Position numbers and translations under genes: made by a program. Shown here one piece after another: positions 27,144 to 40,183 of a stretch of DNA of 64,000 nt. The DNA comes from Octopus sinensis. Taxonomy: Eukaryota. The stretch covers positions 186,001-250,000 of the forward strand of contig NW_021832374.1 in NCBI RefSeq assembly GCF_006345805.1, in the 5' to 3' direction. How positions within the stretch are numbered: the stretch's first letter is position 1; each line of letters begins with the position of its first letter. The notes beneath the pieces are model-generated. The model saw only the letters and a program-made list of their open reading frames with translations. It was not told the DNA's origin and searched no databases.

Positions 27144-30100
27144 CTACTCGGAGTCAACGCGAGGACTTGGTTCATATTGTCCAGGATTAGGGGGTCGAAT
27201 CACATTCTGAGAATTAATCATCTGAGAGTTAGGTGTATCCACAATATAATTCGAGTTCGGATGAGGCGAACGTAGAAAATTGAAATTATTGGGCACTCCC
27301 CGACTTGCATAAACATTGTTAGCCTGATGACGATAGATTGGGGCATTGTGGCCTCTCTCAACGTGGTAAGCCATTTGATATTGGTCGTGTGAGGGGTTCC
27401 GATGATCATACATTGTGTGCATAACTGGTCGTATTTTTGGCATATTCTGACGATCTGGATACCCATACTGTCCATGATTATAATTCGTCATCCCCGCAGG
27501 ATTGTAAACTGTTTGTGGTCTTTGATTCATATAAGAAATATGGTGCTGATTGATCTGTGGACGACCCATTGGCTGACGTCTCATGTCAGACTGATCAAAT
27601 TCCATTCTGTAACGATGATACTCATCTTGATAGGGAGTGCCTGGACATCTTCTCTTGTATTGTTCAATCTCCACATTATGAGAGGGGGGATAATTCAAAT
27701 ATCCATTCCGGGATACTCCAACATTAGAGGGAACTCGATATGGCGGAATTCCACGTCCTCCATTATTATCCGGTCGTGGACGACCCTGCCGAATCTGAGA
27801 AGGCAGGCGCTGTTGTTGATGAGGCACCAAATTGGTTCCAATGTTTGACGGCAATTGTGCATTATCCACAGTATCCACATTCATTGCCCGAATTCTTCTA
27901 TTCTGCAGACCCTGGTTTCGGATTCTCCTCTGCTTATCGACATTCACAAAATGATTTTTGAATTCCCGACAATATTTTGCATTGCAGTTATCATTTTTGC
28001 ACTGTCGGCTATGCATTGTGTACAATCGAGTCATCTGCTCACATGTTCGGCAGTTTCGCCGATTTTTACAAGCACCGTAGTGAGGCAGTAAAACACGCCT
28101 GTATTGCTTGCACACATCTCTGGCACAATTGGCATCCAGACAGTTGACAATATGGTTAATCTCAGCAATATTGTCTTCCATTGTCCTTGCCTGAGGACGA
28201 GTGGGGTCTGAATTGGCTATTTGAGCGGGGGATCTGGTTGATGGCAGAATGTCAATTGTTTTGTTGAGTTTGTGGCAGTGATCGACACTCGTGGAACATT
28301 CTTGGCATAAATCAAAATCCTTGCAAATATTGCAGTGATACCGAACACCGCTGATTGTCTTTTTACATGAATTGCAGTGATAAGCATTCGATGAACTCGA
28401 ATGTAGTTCAATCAGGATTGAAAGAGTTGAATGAAGTGCTCTTCGCTTTGATGAAAATTCGTAGTTTCTGTCACGACAAAATGTCAGAAATGAATCTCGG
28501 GTGTCTGTCAGATCACAATGAATGGACGGATCGGGGTCAACAATTCTCGACATTTGACTCCCAGCTCCAGGAGGATGGAGTTCGATTACAAAAAATATGT
28601 TTTTGTGTTTCTCCAACATATTCAAAAACTTCTCCTTTAGACCATTCGGGGCAATATTGGGAGTTTTTCTTCGAATCTTGGATTTTGTTTTTTTTGATTT
28701 TTTCGCCTCGGTCTTTGAATTTGGCCGTTTTACCTGCAAATATAATAATTGAGCAAATTACAGATTCACTTGAGTTTGACATTAACTGAGATCCATCTTT
28801 AATGCGTTGTTCCTGTTCATCCACAGCCTTAATAAGTTCCTCGAATTGACATGGCCAAAAATCCCCCTCCATATAAGGAATCTGATTGAGTGAAGATATT
28901 CCATTGTCAATCATATAAGCAGACATGTCCTAAGAAATATTACATTCGACCGACCTGATAACTTCGAATAACCTTTTCGTGCAATGCCGTGTTCAACATT
29001 ACTTTATACCAGTCAGACAATCTTTTTGCTGTCGGCATTTTCTGTTCTGGTGGGTGGGAATGAAATATATAATCATCTCGCTCACTCGGAGGACACGCCC
29101 AAATATGAGCAGTCATAAAACTATAAGCAATGCCACAATTATAACTACCCCATATTACGCTTATATTCGAGATAGGAGATTATCGCTTGGTGGTAGACTC
29201 CAGAACGGAGAAAGGGCACATCAAAATAATGCACACTGTCCAAATAAGCAATGTACACTCGTCTAAAATAAGATTGTAAGAATGCCTATTATTTGGCTCG
29301 GGACACTCAGAACCGTATTCTTGAGTGTGCATGGAGAAAAAGACGCATTCTTTATCTCCGTTCACTTGGAAAAAATATATAGACTTGGCTTTATAACTAA
29401 AAGAAGCAGGCATTTCTCCCTTTTCGACATATCTTGGATATTATTCAAATAAAAACCTCTTCGCCATGTTTGGTTTTACTTCACAAACTCGGTCAATAGA
29501 TGAGAGGACTCGGACATACACATGTCCTGAAGGAATGCCGCCAGATTCTTTGCGAATGAATCTGTTGACCTTCTCTTCCATGAAATCACTCAAATGAGTA
29601 GTCCGAAGATCTGATGAGTTACACAAATATACTTTTCGCAGTCAATGTGTTCTTTTGTTCTGTAGGAGGGGCTCCCTCAGATATACATTCTTTGCAGACG
29701 TATCCCTCATTATACAACATCTCATTGTAGAGCACGCATATCTCATGGTTGCGTCGATCGCAGTATATACATTTCACAAATCTACACATATATAAACAGA
29801 ATCCACTTTTCATGTACAATTACGTTGTTTTTTGACTTTACAAAGTCAGCTTTGGGAATTTGACTACAAATCATAAAAATATTAAACATTGATTCATTCG
29901 AACTCGCTCCTGGCTGTGTGATGAATTGTCCGGGAGTAGAGTTGAAACATTTTTCGCACATAATATAGACATCCTCCCCCTTTCTACAATATATAGCCAG
30001 GAAACATACTTTTCACACGAGTAGTAATCCCCGTCTGCCCCAATCTGGCATCCAAGTGGGGAACAACAGTAAAGCATGTGGAGATTGAACACATACTTGT

Positions 30101-31556
30101 TCTTACAACAATAACGCAGTCTCTCTTTCATTATAGTTTCCGCTTCATTATTAAATGCAGAAAGAAGCTTAGAAAGAATAGAAATAATAAACAATACTTT
30201 AAAAGCATTCCTTGTGATGTGGTTTTTGACACCGTTGTAGAGTTTGGAATTGTCTACCATTAAGTGAAAGTCGTCGATTAAATCCCACGGGCAGTTGTAT
30301 TCCAACTCTTGTAGCTTATTGTACATCAACGACAGGTCCATCGGGTTTTTGACTATTTCGAAGTAATTCTTGTATATATTTATTATAAAAGTACAGGTGC
30401 CCCGTCCTTAATCGGGTCCACTGGCAACTGGAATAGACGCGATTCAGACATTGCCTTTATCTTGTCAATCAACGGCACAAAAGCCTCTTTGATATCCTGC
30501 GGCGCAATTTCTTTAAATTTTATTTTTTAAAAATACTTTTTGTCACAAAAACTGGTTTTTGTGGTGTTTTTGCGACAGGCGTTTGAGCTTCCTCTTTGGG
30601 AACTTGTAAGTCGGCATTGAAGGACGTTCTGGGGTCACTTCCTTTTTAATCGAAGGTTTAATGTCAAGGGAGGGTGTCCGAAAGATGGGAGTCTAAATTA
30701 GTAGATTTAAGTCATTAAACAGTAATTTTCCTTTCCAAAGCTTCAGAAAACTCAGCAAAACGCTTTATATATTCATCAACTGAGGTGGACTGGTTATAAA
30801 TCCCTTGTTCTTGCATATTCACACAAGTCAATGCTTTTTTCAGTTGTTCTGGCGAGGTAATATGTCTTCTCACAGACTCAAATCTAAATATTAGTCATAT
30901 TTTTATACAATTGGTTTTTCCGATATTCCCGTTCATTCATAGAGATATAGCTTGCCTCAGGAATAGACTGATAAGGATTGACACTTCTTGGCCGAGGTCG
31001 GGGGGTTGGAGGGGCTGATTTATTTACATGTCCTGAAAGTGCTAAAAAAATATAAAAATTGTCAACCCATAATTTCTTTGATAGCAAAACATAAAGCAGC
31101 TAAGGAATATTAGCAAGACACAAACCATCACATCCACTACAGTTATAAACGTGGTTAAAGAAGCTTTTCATCTTTTGGCAATGAGGAAAGCAAATCGGAC
31201 GATCACACCTCCTGGCATGTTCATATGCGGCAATAAACTTATGTTAGGTATTTAAAATATACTTCTTCTTGACGACTATAAAGTCGGTTTAGTGGATATT
31301 GTGGTCTTGGTTCGTGTTGGTTGGGGTCCCTTCTGGAGAAAAATGGTCGAGGTTGGTCAGGAAATGACTGTGTGGGTGCTCGATATTGCATTGGTATGTA
31401 TGTGTTGGCCAAAGAGGTGACTGGAAAATGGTGTCTTGGTAAGACTCCATGTGGATGGGATTGGGGATTGAAATTATTGGGGCGGTTATTCCCAAAATTA
31501 AAGCGAGTTCCATTTTCATATCGGTTATATGGAATGTTTGTATTTGAAGGATCCAT
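27144..31556 (-). CDS. CREBBP: CBP/p300 histone acetyltransferase, multi-exon
   Basis: Bromodomain (FQLPVDP...NPMDLS), RING/PHD (CIYCDRRNHEICVL), HAT core ([53 protein letters not shown]), ZZ finger (YHCNSC...RYHCNICKDFDLCQEC) and TAZ2. Confidence 0.93.
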
Positions 31557-32681
31557 GTATGATCGTACTACATAGAATTAACCACCACTTAGTTCCGTAA
31601 ATAAATATTTATAATATTAAATATTAACAGAACTAATTTTATATTAATTTATAATAACTAATATTTCAATTCATATGCAAAATATATTAATTTAAGAGCC
31701 GACCAAATTCAAAGCTAAGGAATAGAATAAATCACAAATTATATGCATTTTGTGTACCATTAAATATAGAAAATAATAAACCACTAAATTTATCTAAAAT
31801 TTACTATCATGCAAATAAACAAAGCCTTGCAATAATAAAAATTCAAATATTATAGACATGAAATATTAAATGGCAATATCAATGTATTTTTGATACATCT
31901 TAACTAGTAAAAAGAAATTATTAGCCAATCATTATACTTTTTATACAAGAATGTTATATATTCTAATAAAATAAATGTTTTAAGAAATTATAGTTTATAT
32001 GTTTTCCAATTCCTTACCAAATATTCGTCTGCCTCTCATGACTATAATACCAGAGCGCAGTTTATTCTGTTATATAGTCCGAAAATGTGATTTAGTAATT
32101 ATTAATTCTAATTAACATTTTACAGGGTTCCAAATTAATTGAAACTGTTTACTTTCTTGAAAATCTATAAAATAAACTGTCTTGATTAACTAACTTAAGT
32201 ACAAATTTTATTTTTAGAAACTTATTTTTGATTACAAACTGAAAATGTCTGAGTCTGACGTGAATCAATAAATAAAAAACAAAATTCAACACTAAAAACA
32301 ATAAATATAAAAAAATAGTGAAAAGGTGACTACAAGTGTAAACTTATCTGAGATGCTGAGCCGGAAAAAGATTTTCGAGACATGTAAATTTTTAAAATTG
32401 TAAAACTATTTTTGGAAAATTTCTATCATAATTTGTATTTTTAAGAAATTCCTCGGGAGAAGCAATGGCTGTTTCATACAATCTCTATTGCGATCCTGAA
32501 AGACAACGTCTTCTCGATCATTAACGGTTTTAGACCTAAACTAGTTCCTAGTTACTCTTGTCTTCAATCAATTTGATTTTTATTATTATAGATTTTTATA
32601 AGCAGATTTTTGTTCCAAATAATTAAATTATATCTAACACTAATTATATCGATTTCATCATTTTACATCATGTTATTATAA

Positions 32682-33200
32682 CTAGGGCGATTTTTAACCT
32701 AAAAAACAAAAATTTTAACCTAAAAAATTTAACTTTATTAACCTAAAAACTATGAAAATTTACCCGAAAATTTAACTTTATAACTAAACAATAAAAACAC
32801 TAAAACTGTTTTTACACATACAAATTACATAATTTTCTAAATTTTCTTGTATAAAATTTTGGTTGGATCTTGGAAAACTCTTTATTGGAGACAAAGTTCT
32901 TCTATCCGAACACGAGATATGTATGAATTAGTCAAATATCATTTTAAACCTTTTTAATGATGTATTCTTTGATAAATTTTTTGTCATTTCCAAATTCCAA
33001 CAATTCTAAACAATCATATACCTGTTCAATTGTGAAGCGTGCACTTTCGAATTTCGTAATAATATTTGGAATAGCGACATTACTTGAAAACCTGGAATGT
33101 TTAAATAGCTTTGAATAAGGTCACATTGACTGCTTACTAACACATGATTTTGAGAATTTTCTTTAGCTGTTCAGAGGGGAGGTTAAATTTGAAAAGCTTT
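32682..33200 (-). mobile_element. hAT-like transposon 3' remnant
   Basis: Terminus TAGGGCGATTTTT with AACCTAAAAA subterminal repeats. Degenerate C-terminal transposase ...RSNQNFIQENLENYVICV. Confidence 0.5.
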
Positions 33201-33289
33201 TTTGACGTTGTTAGTTGCAAGCGGGATTTAGGCTTGTATTTGGAAAGCTGTTAGCTTATTCTGTTTGGAATCTAACGAACGTGGGTTCC

Positions 33290-34817
33290 GTCAACTGCTT
33301 CGAAAATTTAGTCTTTCATGTCTTTTTTCCACAGAGACCAGCAGCTTGCAGAAACAACAGCGCCCTCCCAGGTCCGGGGAGTGAATGGCAAATTTTTTAC
33401 AGAGCGAAAGAAGACCAGGACAGCGGAATAGATGGGCGGTTGTGTGCTCGTCAGCATGGCAAATGGGACAAAAAGGGGATATCGAGATGTCCATTTTGTG
33501 TGCATAGTGGTTTAATGAGGAGTGATGACCAAAACGGGAACGAGCCAAGTTTGTCTGAGCCGAACGGTCGAGAAGCAATTCAGAACAGTGAACGTCACGA
33601 AAATGTTTATTGAGTATAGAGTTAGGCGTCAGCTTAAGAATAGCTGATGTGGATATCAAATTGTGAATTTTCCTCATCGGGTATGGACATTGGTGCAAGC
33701 CGTCGATTTTGGCAAGGATCTGGGAATATAGATTCCCCGGGGTGTTCTTCACTGAACGAGAATTTTCGTTTAGCACATTTAGAGCAGAACATGCATGATA
33801 GGGAATTCAGATACAAATAAAAATTGCGCTCCTCTCATATTTAGATGATCTTCAATTGGCAAAAGGTTTGTTTCACAGTGGAGGTTATCAATTTGGGTTG
33901 ATTTCAAACACTCAGATATTGTGCGCATGGCCTTGTTTTGTACTGATTGAAGTGCCATTGTCGAGTTATGGATAGACAGGGCGCCCAGCTTGGACTCGGG
34001 CCGCATGTATTGTTTGTAAACTCGTTTGAGGAGTGGCTTCTGGGCGTGTTTTAATGTGACCACTTATTGCTTTTAGTATGTTTGTGCGTCTGTTTTCCTT
34101 GTCAGAAATGTTAGAGACATGCTTGTTGAAGGACATAGTTGGATCAAAAGTAAGTCCGAGGATAGTAGGGTTTTTTCATAGTGGGAGGTCAGAACCAAAG
34201 AGAGATAACTTCGGGTGAAGGTTTGATTGTCTTCTGTCGGAAGAAAATAAAGAGACCGATGATTTCGAGGGCGAAGCCTGGAGTCTGTTTTCAATGAACC
34301 AATTCTTAACGGAGTATGTAATCTGCGTGTTTAGAAGCAATGATAATGTCATCTGCGTAAGATAATGTCAAGTTGTTTGGGTCATTAGCCGGAAAGTTAT
34401 GTAAATATAAGTTGAACAGGGAAGTGGACAACACAGAACCCTGCGGTACCCTATTTGGAAGATAGGATTGTTTTGAACAGTGGTCCATAAGGGAGACGTA
34501 TCCCATTCGACTCGATAAGATGTTTGCAAGCCAGGATTTGAGGTTTGAGTTTAGGTCTGTCTTTAAAATGTTGTTGATGAGTCCATACCGAGGGACGCTG
34601 TCAAACGCCTTTGAGACATCGATTGAAATTAGTACTGTTCGTTTTGGGGGTCTCTTCTCATTGAAGCCGTCCAGGACAGATTGCGAAAGTGTTGTTAAGT
34701 GAGTAGTTGTTGAGTGCAGTGGCTTAAAACCATGTTGAGTATGGGAAGTTGGCAAATGTTTGGATATTCGGGCAAGGATTAGTCTTTCAAGGACTGCACA
34801 GAAGAGAGATTGGGCGG
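33290..34817 (-). mobile_element. 5'-truncated Jockey/I-group LINE ORF2 (RT plus C-terminal CCHC), frameshifted
   Basis: RPISLLCS, QHGF, DVSKAFDSV, VPQGSVLS, YADD, QNKAMRTI, CPICHADEHTTAHLFRCP. Confidence 0.88.
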
Positions 34818-35658
34818 TCTGCCAGTAGTCATATGCTTATCTTACAGATTAAGCCATGCAAGTGTAAGTTCATGCTCTCTAATGAGCGAAACCGCGAACG
34901 GCTCATTAAATCGGACATAATTTACTTGATTATCTCACACGACGGTGAATAGCTGTTGTAAATCTAGAGCTAATACATGCGTATAGCTTCTCAAAGCGCA
35001 ATTATTAGAATTAGTTGACTCTGAATAAACTTGCTGATCACCGGCAGTGCCTGCGACGTATCAATTAGATGTCCGCCCCATCAATTTTGACGGTGAGGTA
35101 GTGGCTTACCGTGGTTCGATTCTGGAGAGGGAGCATGAGAAATGGCTGCCAGATCTATAGACTGCAGCAGGTGCGTAAATTATCCACTTTTGACATAAAG
35201 ATATAATGATCATAAATAACGGATCCGGGCATTTGCTAAGAGATCGTAATGAAATAACTGTAGAAGCTTTAATGAATGCAATTGGAAGGCAAGTCTGGTG
35301 CCAGTAGCCGCGGCAATTCCATTTCCAATAGTGTATACTAAAGTTGCTGCAGTTGAAAAGCTCGTACTTGGATCTCGTTGTGCTAGTACTTAATCGAGTG
35401 CTAGTAGGCCTTTGCTATAGTTAGACTATGGCTTTACTTTGAACAAAATAGAGTGCTTAAAGCAAGCATTCTGTTTGAATATCTCAGCATGGAATAATAG
35501 AATAAGACTTTCTGTTGGTTATGATAGCAAAAGTAATGATTAACAGAGACAGCCAGAGGCAACCGTATTGCTCCGTTAGAGGTGAAATTTGTAGATCGGT
35601 GCAGGACATAGTACAGCGAAAGCATTTGCCATGAATGTTTTTATTAATCAAGAACGAC
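34818..35658 (+). pseudogene. 18S rRNA pseudogene (5' half only)
   Basis: Conserved SSU segments CTGCCAGTAGTCATATGCTT...GATTAAGCCATGC, AAGTCTGGTGCCAG, AAATAGAGTGCTTAAAGCA, GAGGTGAAATT, ATCAAGAACGA. Truncated, with substitutions in conserved motifs and a deletion near 35115. Confidence 0.93.
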
Positions 35659-35753
35659 TGCACTTTCTCGAAGGTTACATAAATACGACCTTTGTAAATA
35701 TATAATTATTCATCATCCGCAAATAACTCGAATTCATCTGTAATACCAAAAAC

Positions 35754-37585
35754 CAGGGTTGTTAAAAATCATGATTTTTTTCAAAAAAATCAAAAAAATC
35801 TGATTTTTTTGATTTAATCACGATTTTTTTGATTTAAATCAGATTTTTTGAATTAAATGATCTTATTTCAAAACGACCCTTTCCACCTGGCTTATCAGAG
35901 AACCTCTCTCTTTGTACATAAACACTGAAAAACGGCCACGCAGAACGATCTATCGTAGTTCCTTATGTCCACCGGGATCACTTAACTAGTTTGCATTACG
36001 CTTTCTTTCTTTGTGGTCTTCGGGTTAATAAATAAAAAAATATTTCAAAGCGAACTAAAATAAAAAACAAAAACAATGGAAATCGTTTTTATTTATTTAA
36101 AAGCTTGTAAATGGAAACAAGTTTGGCTGCTTTTTCGATCCCCAGCCTATTGCGTACATTTGAATGTAGAAATCCGAATGTTGAAAAGATTCTTTCTATT
36201 CCACCTGTCGAAGCAACTGCTCCAAGAATTTTTTTGCATAGTGAAATTACTTGTGAAGGTAACTGGTATGAATTCGACTCCCACCAAGCTATAGGTGATA
36301 CTTTACTCAATAAATTCGGAGCAAACATGTATTGTTTAAATGGATCAGCTTTTGCTCTGAAATTAATCAGAGTCGGAAGTGCATATTCATAATTTCGAGC
36401 ACAATAACTCAATGCAATGTCAATCTCAACATTTGAAAGAGATTTCCCACTACATGTCGGGTCGATCAAATTCGCAAGTAAGTGGAAAGGTGTTAATGCT
36501 TGTTTTGCTCGAATTCTCACTTTTCCTAAAATATTCGTAGACCAATTATCCAGATAAGATTGAAAACAGTCTGATAAAGTGTTCCACCGTACATCAATCG
36601 GAAGAACGAGTTTTTTTCCTCCATTAGATTTGTACCATGCAGCTGGAAGATGGACGTTTCGGAAATATTCCTTTAACGTCCGCTACCTCGACATCCTTCA
36701 CAAGAAGGTTGAGATAATGTGCCGAGCAACCATAAGTAATTATTTCATTGCCATCTTCCATCATTATCCGTCTCATTTTAGTCATGTTGGCAGCATTATC
36801 CGTTACAAGACTGCCGATTTTACATCCAAACCGTTGTTCAGCCAATTGTGCGGAGGCTAAAGCAACAGATTGAAGATATTCCGCAGTGTGGCTATATCCA
36901 GAAGTGTCCACAGTGTCAATGAGATAATTTTCCCCATCTGATGTCACAACCGAGACACAAATAACGGGTTCATTATGAATGTTGCTCCACCCGTCCAACA
37001 TCATAGACACTGTTTTGTCCTGGAGTCTTTGTCGACAGTCTTCATGTATTTGGTCGTACACATGATCAAGTAATGTACCACCAATTTGATGACGAGAGGG
37101 TAAACGATACCCAGGAAGAAGCATTTGGACGAATTTGACAAATTCGGGATGTTCTACAGCAGCAAACGGAGTGTTTGTAGAAAATATGTATCTAGCGAGT
37201 TGCAGATCCATCAAATCTTTCTTAGATGAAGTCGTCGTAGTTACGAAATTGATTAATGAATGGTCCTTCATCCTTGGAGGAAATTCGCTTTCAGGTCTCG
37301 GCATATTTTCAGGGATATCAATATTACTTCGACATAATAAATGATGCTGCCTCATCCGAGATACAAGACCTTGTATGTCCTTCCCACAATTACGACATCT
37401 GGCACGGCTTCCGGTCTTTCCAGGAATAATACGTTTATCAAAATAAGCCCACAAAGAATCACGCTTTCTTCCAGACATTTAAAAAAATTTAAATGATTTT
37501 TTTGATTTTTTTGATTTTTTTAATGATTTAAATCATTGATTTTTATTGTTGATTAAAATCAAATGATTTAAATCTAACAACCCTG
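35754..37585 (-). mobile_element. hAT DNA transposon (BED finger, DUF659-type transposase) with both ends, defective
   Basis: TIR CAGGGTTGTTA and perfect 8-bp TSD CCAAAAAC (35746-35753 / 37586-37593). GATTTTTT subterminal repeats. Motifs LDGWSN, VTDNAANM, CSAHYLNL, ERIFS. ORF split by frameshift and deletion. Confidence 0.95.
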
Positions 37586-39126
37586 CCAAAAACCTTTTGA
37601 TTGCTACAAAATAAAGTAAATTTTTATACAAAGATTTTTGTGGAATAATCAATTTTTGATCAATTATGATTTGATCAACACAGCTCCTAGCCTTCGATTG
37701 TGAGAGATATCCGCAAGGCGGTAGTTACAAAAAAGTCATTAGAAGTCTTTGACCCCTTTTACTTTTGCCAAATTTGGTGGATGGAATTTCCTTTCCGATT
37801 TTTTGTTGATTTTAGCTCAATAAACTCTCTTATTTCAAGCCGTAAATAATTTTTAAAGAATTATTACGGCAATATAAAATGATTGCAAATTCTATAAAAA
37901 TTGATAGGGCTTATATTTGTGTAGAGCTTATATTAATTTTCATAGAATTTATAAAATAAAATTAAACTACGATTCAGGAATATTTGAGTACGTTTCATCT
38001 AGGTCTAGAGAGCATAGTATTAACTATTAGTACAAGTTTTTTTCCTTCTGAGGACTATATTTTTGCCCCGATAATGTTCGATACGTTTCCTTTTTTCTGG
38101 ATATCATTTCTATTATTAATTTTTTACGTATGATTTATTAAACTTGATGGTCACGCCATTCAATGTTATTATTGTCATGTTATCATTCTAAATTTATGCA
38201 AACTTGTAATTTTGGAGATTGTGATTTTACAGTTTTTCATTTCCACCTGTTTTAAGGTAAGTTTAAATTATTCAACGGGTTTTTATGGTCCAGAGTGAAT
38301 TCAATCGGTTGGAGCTCACTGTTTTGAGATGAAAGACCACTTTGTTTACAATAGATTGAATAATCGACCAACGAAGGGATAAATATCTAAGTTAATAAAT
38401 GTATCACCTCATTACGTTCTTTTTATATATGTGTCAAATAAATGCTTTAAACGAAATGTCTAGACAGCCAGACTTTCTATTCTGTCTTATTTTGAGATAT
38501 CAAGTTACCGGACTGCAGTCAAAACTGTAGTAAAAATATTTCTTTGTCTTACAGTATTCTTCACAGTTGTCTGCATAATGTGTATCAAAGATCCCAGGAA
38601 ATTATATTCCTTATTCAGAGAATCTCGCTGCTTGTTTTACGCGATAATTGTCTTTCAATGCTGCGAGCCAGTACTTAATAGCTAGATTTTTTAAATTATT
38701 ATTAGTTACTATATCTTAATTAACTAAAAAGCTCAATACATCTTGTTTGAATATTTATTATTTTATCCAAAATTGAACTCAGCATACAAGTGTTATATGT
38801 CTCGCCTATCCATTATGTTTAAGAGACTCGGGATCTAACAGGAAAAAACAATGTCCGACTTTTTTTCAGCTTGTTTGGATCTCTATATAAACATTTCTGT
38901 GACATATTTTGTTCTTTTTACAGTCTTTCCAAGACACAATAATTTAACATATTTCGTCATAATTATTCCTCTCATTAATTGTACATAATATTAAAACAAC
39001 CAATTTCACATTTTGAATCAAAACCAAAATTAAATTGTAATATATTAATAAAATAAACAATCAAAAACATTACTTTATCAAATTAAAAAATACAAAATTA
39101 TAATCTATTTGCAGATCAAAAAGTAT

Positions 39127-40183
39127 CTATTTTGACCTTAAAAACAGTTCTTTGGAAGCCCGATGCATTTTAGTCATCATATTAACAATTCCTAAAAATA
39201 ATAAATCAATTGTACCATTAATTAGCAATGGATTAAGAGTAAAATCGGGCAGTTTTACCTTTGGATTGTCAAAATATGTAAACACAAACTGAAATCCTGG
39301 CTAACAATAAATAATCTCAACACTTAAAACCAAAGAACTGGATCCATTCAACGGGAAAATAATCATTTCAGAACTGTAGTCCTCAACATACACAGAATTG
39401 CCCGTAGTTGTGAAACTATTATTTTTCAACAGCATTTCATAATCTTCCTTCTTTAAAGAATTTGAAAAAACAGCAAAATATTTCCTCTCAGAATCAATCT
39501 GAGTGGTGACCCTTAAAACACACCACCTTAATTTCGCGGTAATAAACATATTCCCGGGTACTCAAAGGATACTATATTTATCAATTTATTATAACTGGAT
39601 ATTTCATTATCCACTGAATGAGGGTTTTTGAATCTTCGCTGGATTTCAAATCCTCAAGTTTAATCACGTTTTCATCCCATTCATTCCGGTACTGTAAATT
39701 GATCTAAAAAATCTTTTAACATAAAAAACATTGCAATCAAAAAATGCCTCAGCAGAGACATCATCAAAACACCCATAAACTAGACTGATGTTACACATTA
39801 CTCTTATATTTATATGCTCCGGTGATATCTTCTTTTTTCCGCCAAACTCGAATGTTCAAATCACCGAATATAAGTTTCCACTCATTGTGGTCCCGAAATT
39901 GAGTATCCTTCATCCAGGAAATTTCCTCCTTGGCTGACTCAATAATTAGACTTTAATGGTATTAATATTCCTACTCTTCCTGTTGAGAGTCCATGGTTAC
40001 TCCGACCGCGGCAGTGCATAGAGCCGACCCAATATTCCGTCTGTGGGTGTATTGGCGGAGTACTGTGTTATAAATTCGATTGAAAGTTCTTCGATAGTAT
40101 TTTTTGTGGTTATTTTTTGCATTATTGGTGATATTTTTACGATAAAATCGAATCACGTTAGAAACCAATTTACTACACCACAT
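39127..40183 (-). CDS. STARD7: START-domain lipid transfer protein STARD7/PCTP-like, multi-exon
   Basis: Basic N-terminal presequence-like segment, then YRNEWDENVIKL, YPREYVYYR, VEDYSSEMII, YFDNPK. Confidence 0.75.

Noticed and set aside
27218-28789. Several overlapping or antisense ORFs within CBP (similarly within LIN9, RPS6 and BiP)
   Set aside because: These are shadow ORFs of GC-richer coding exons with no independent motifs.
32030-32525. Possible small multi-exon gene divergent from CBP
   Set aside because: Splice-like signals are present, but I found no consistent frame or homology.
35762-35860. Spaced GATTTTTT repeats as a possible CRISPR-like or telomeric array
   Set aside because: They are subterminal repeats of the hAT element, mirrored at its other end.
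37600-38990. Coding-like minus-strand remnants
   Set aside because: Too degenerate to call.
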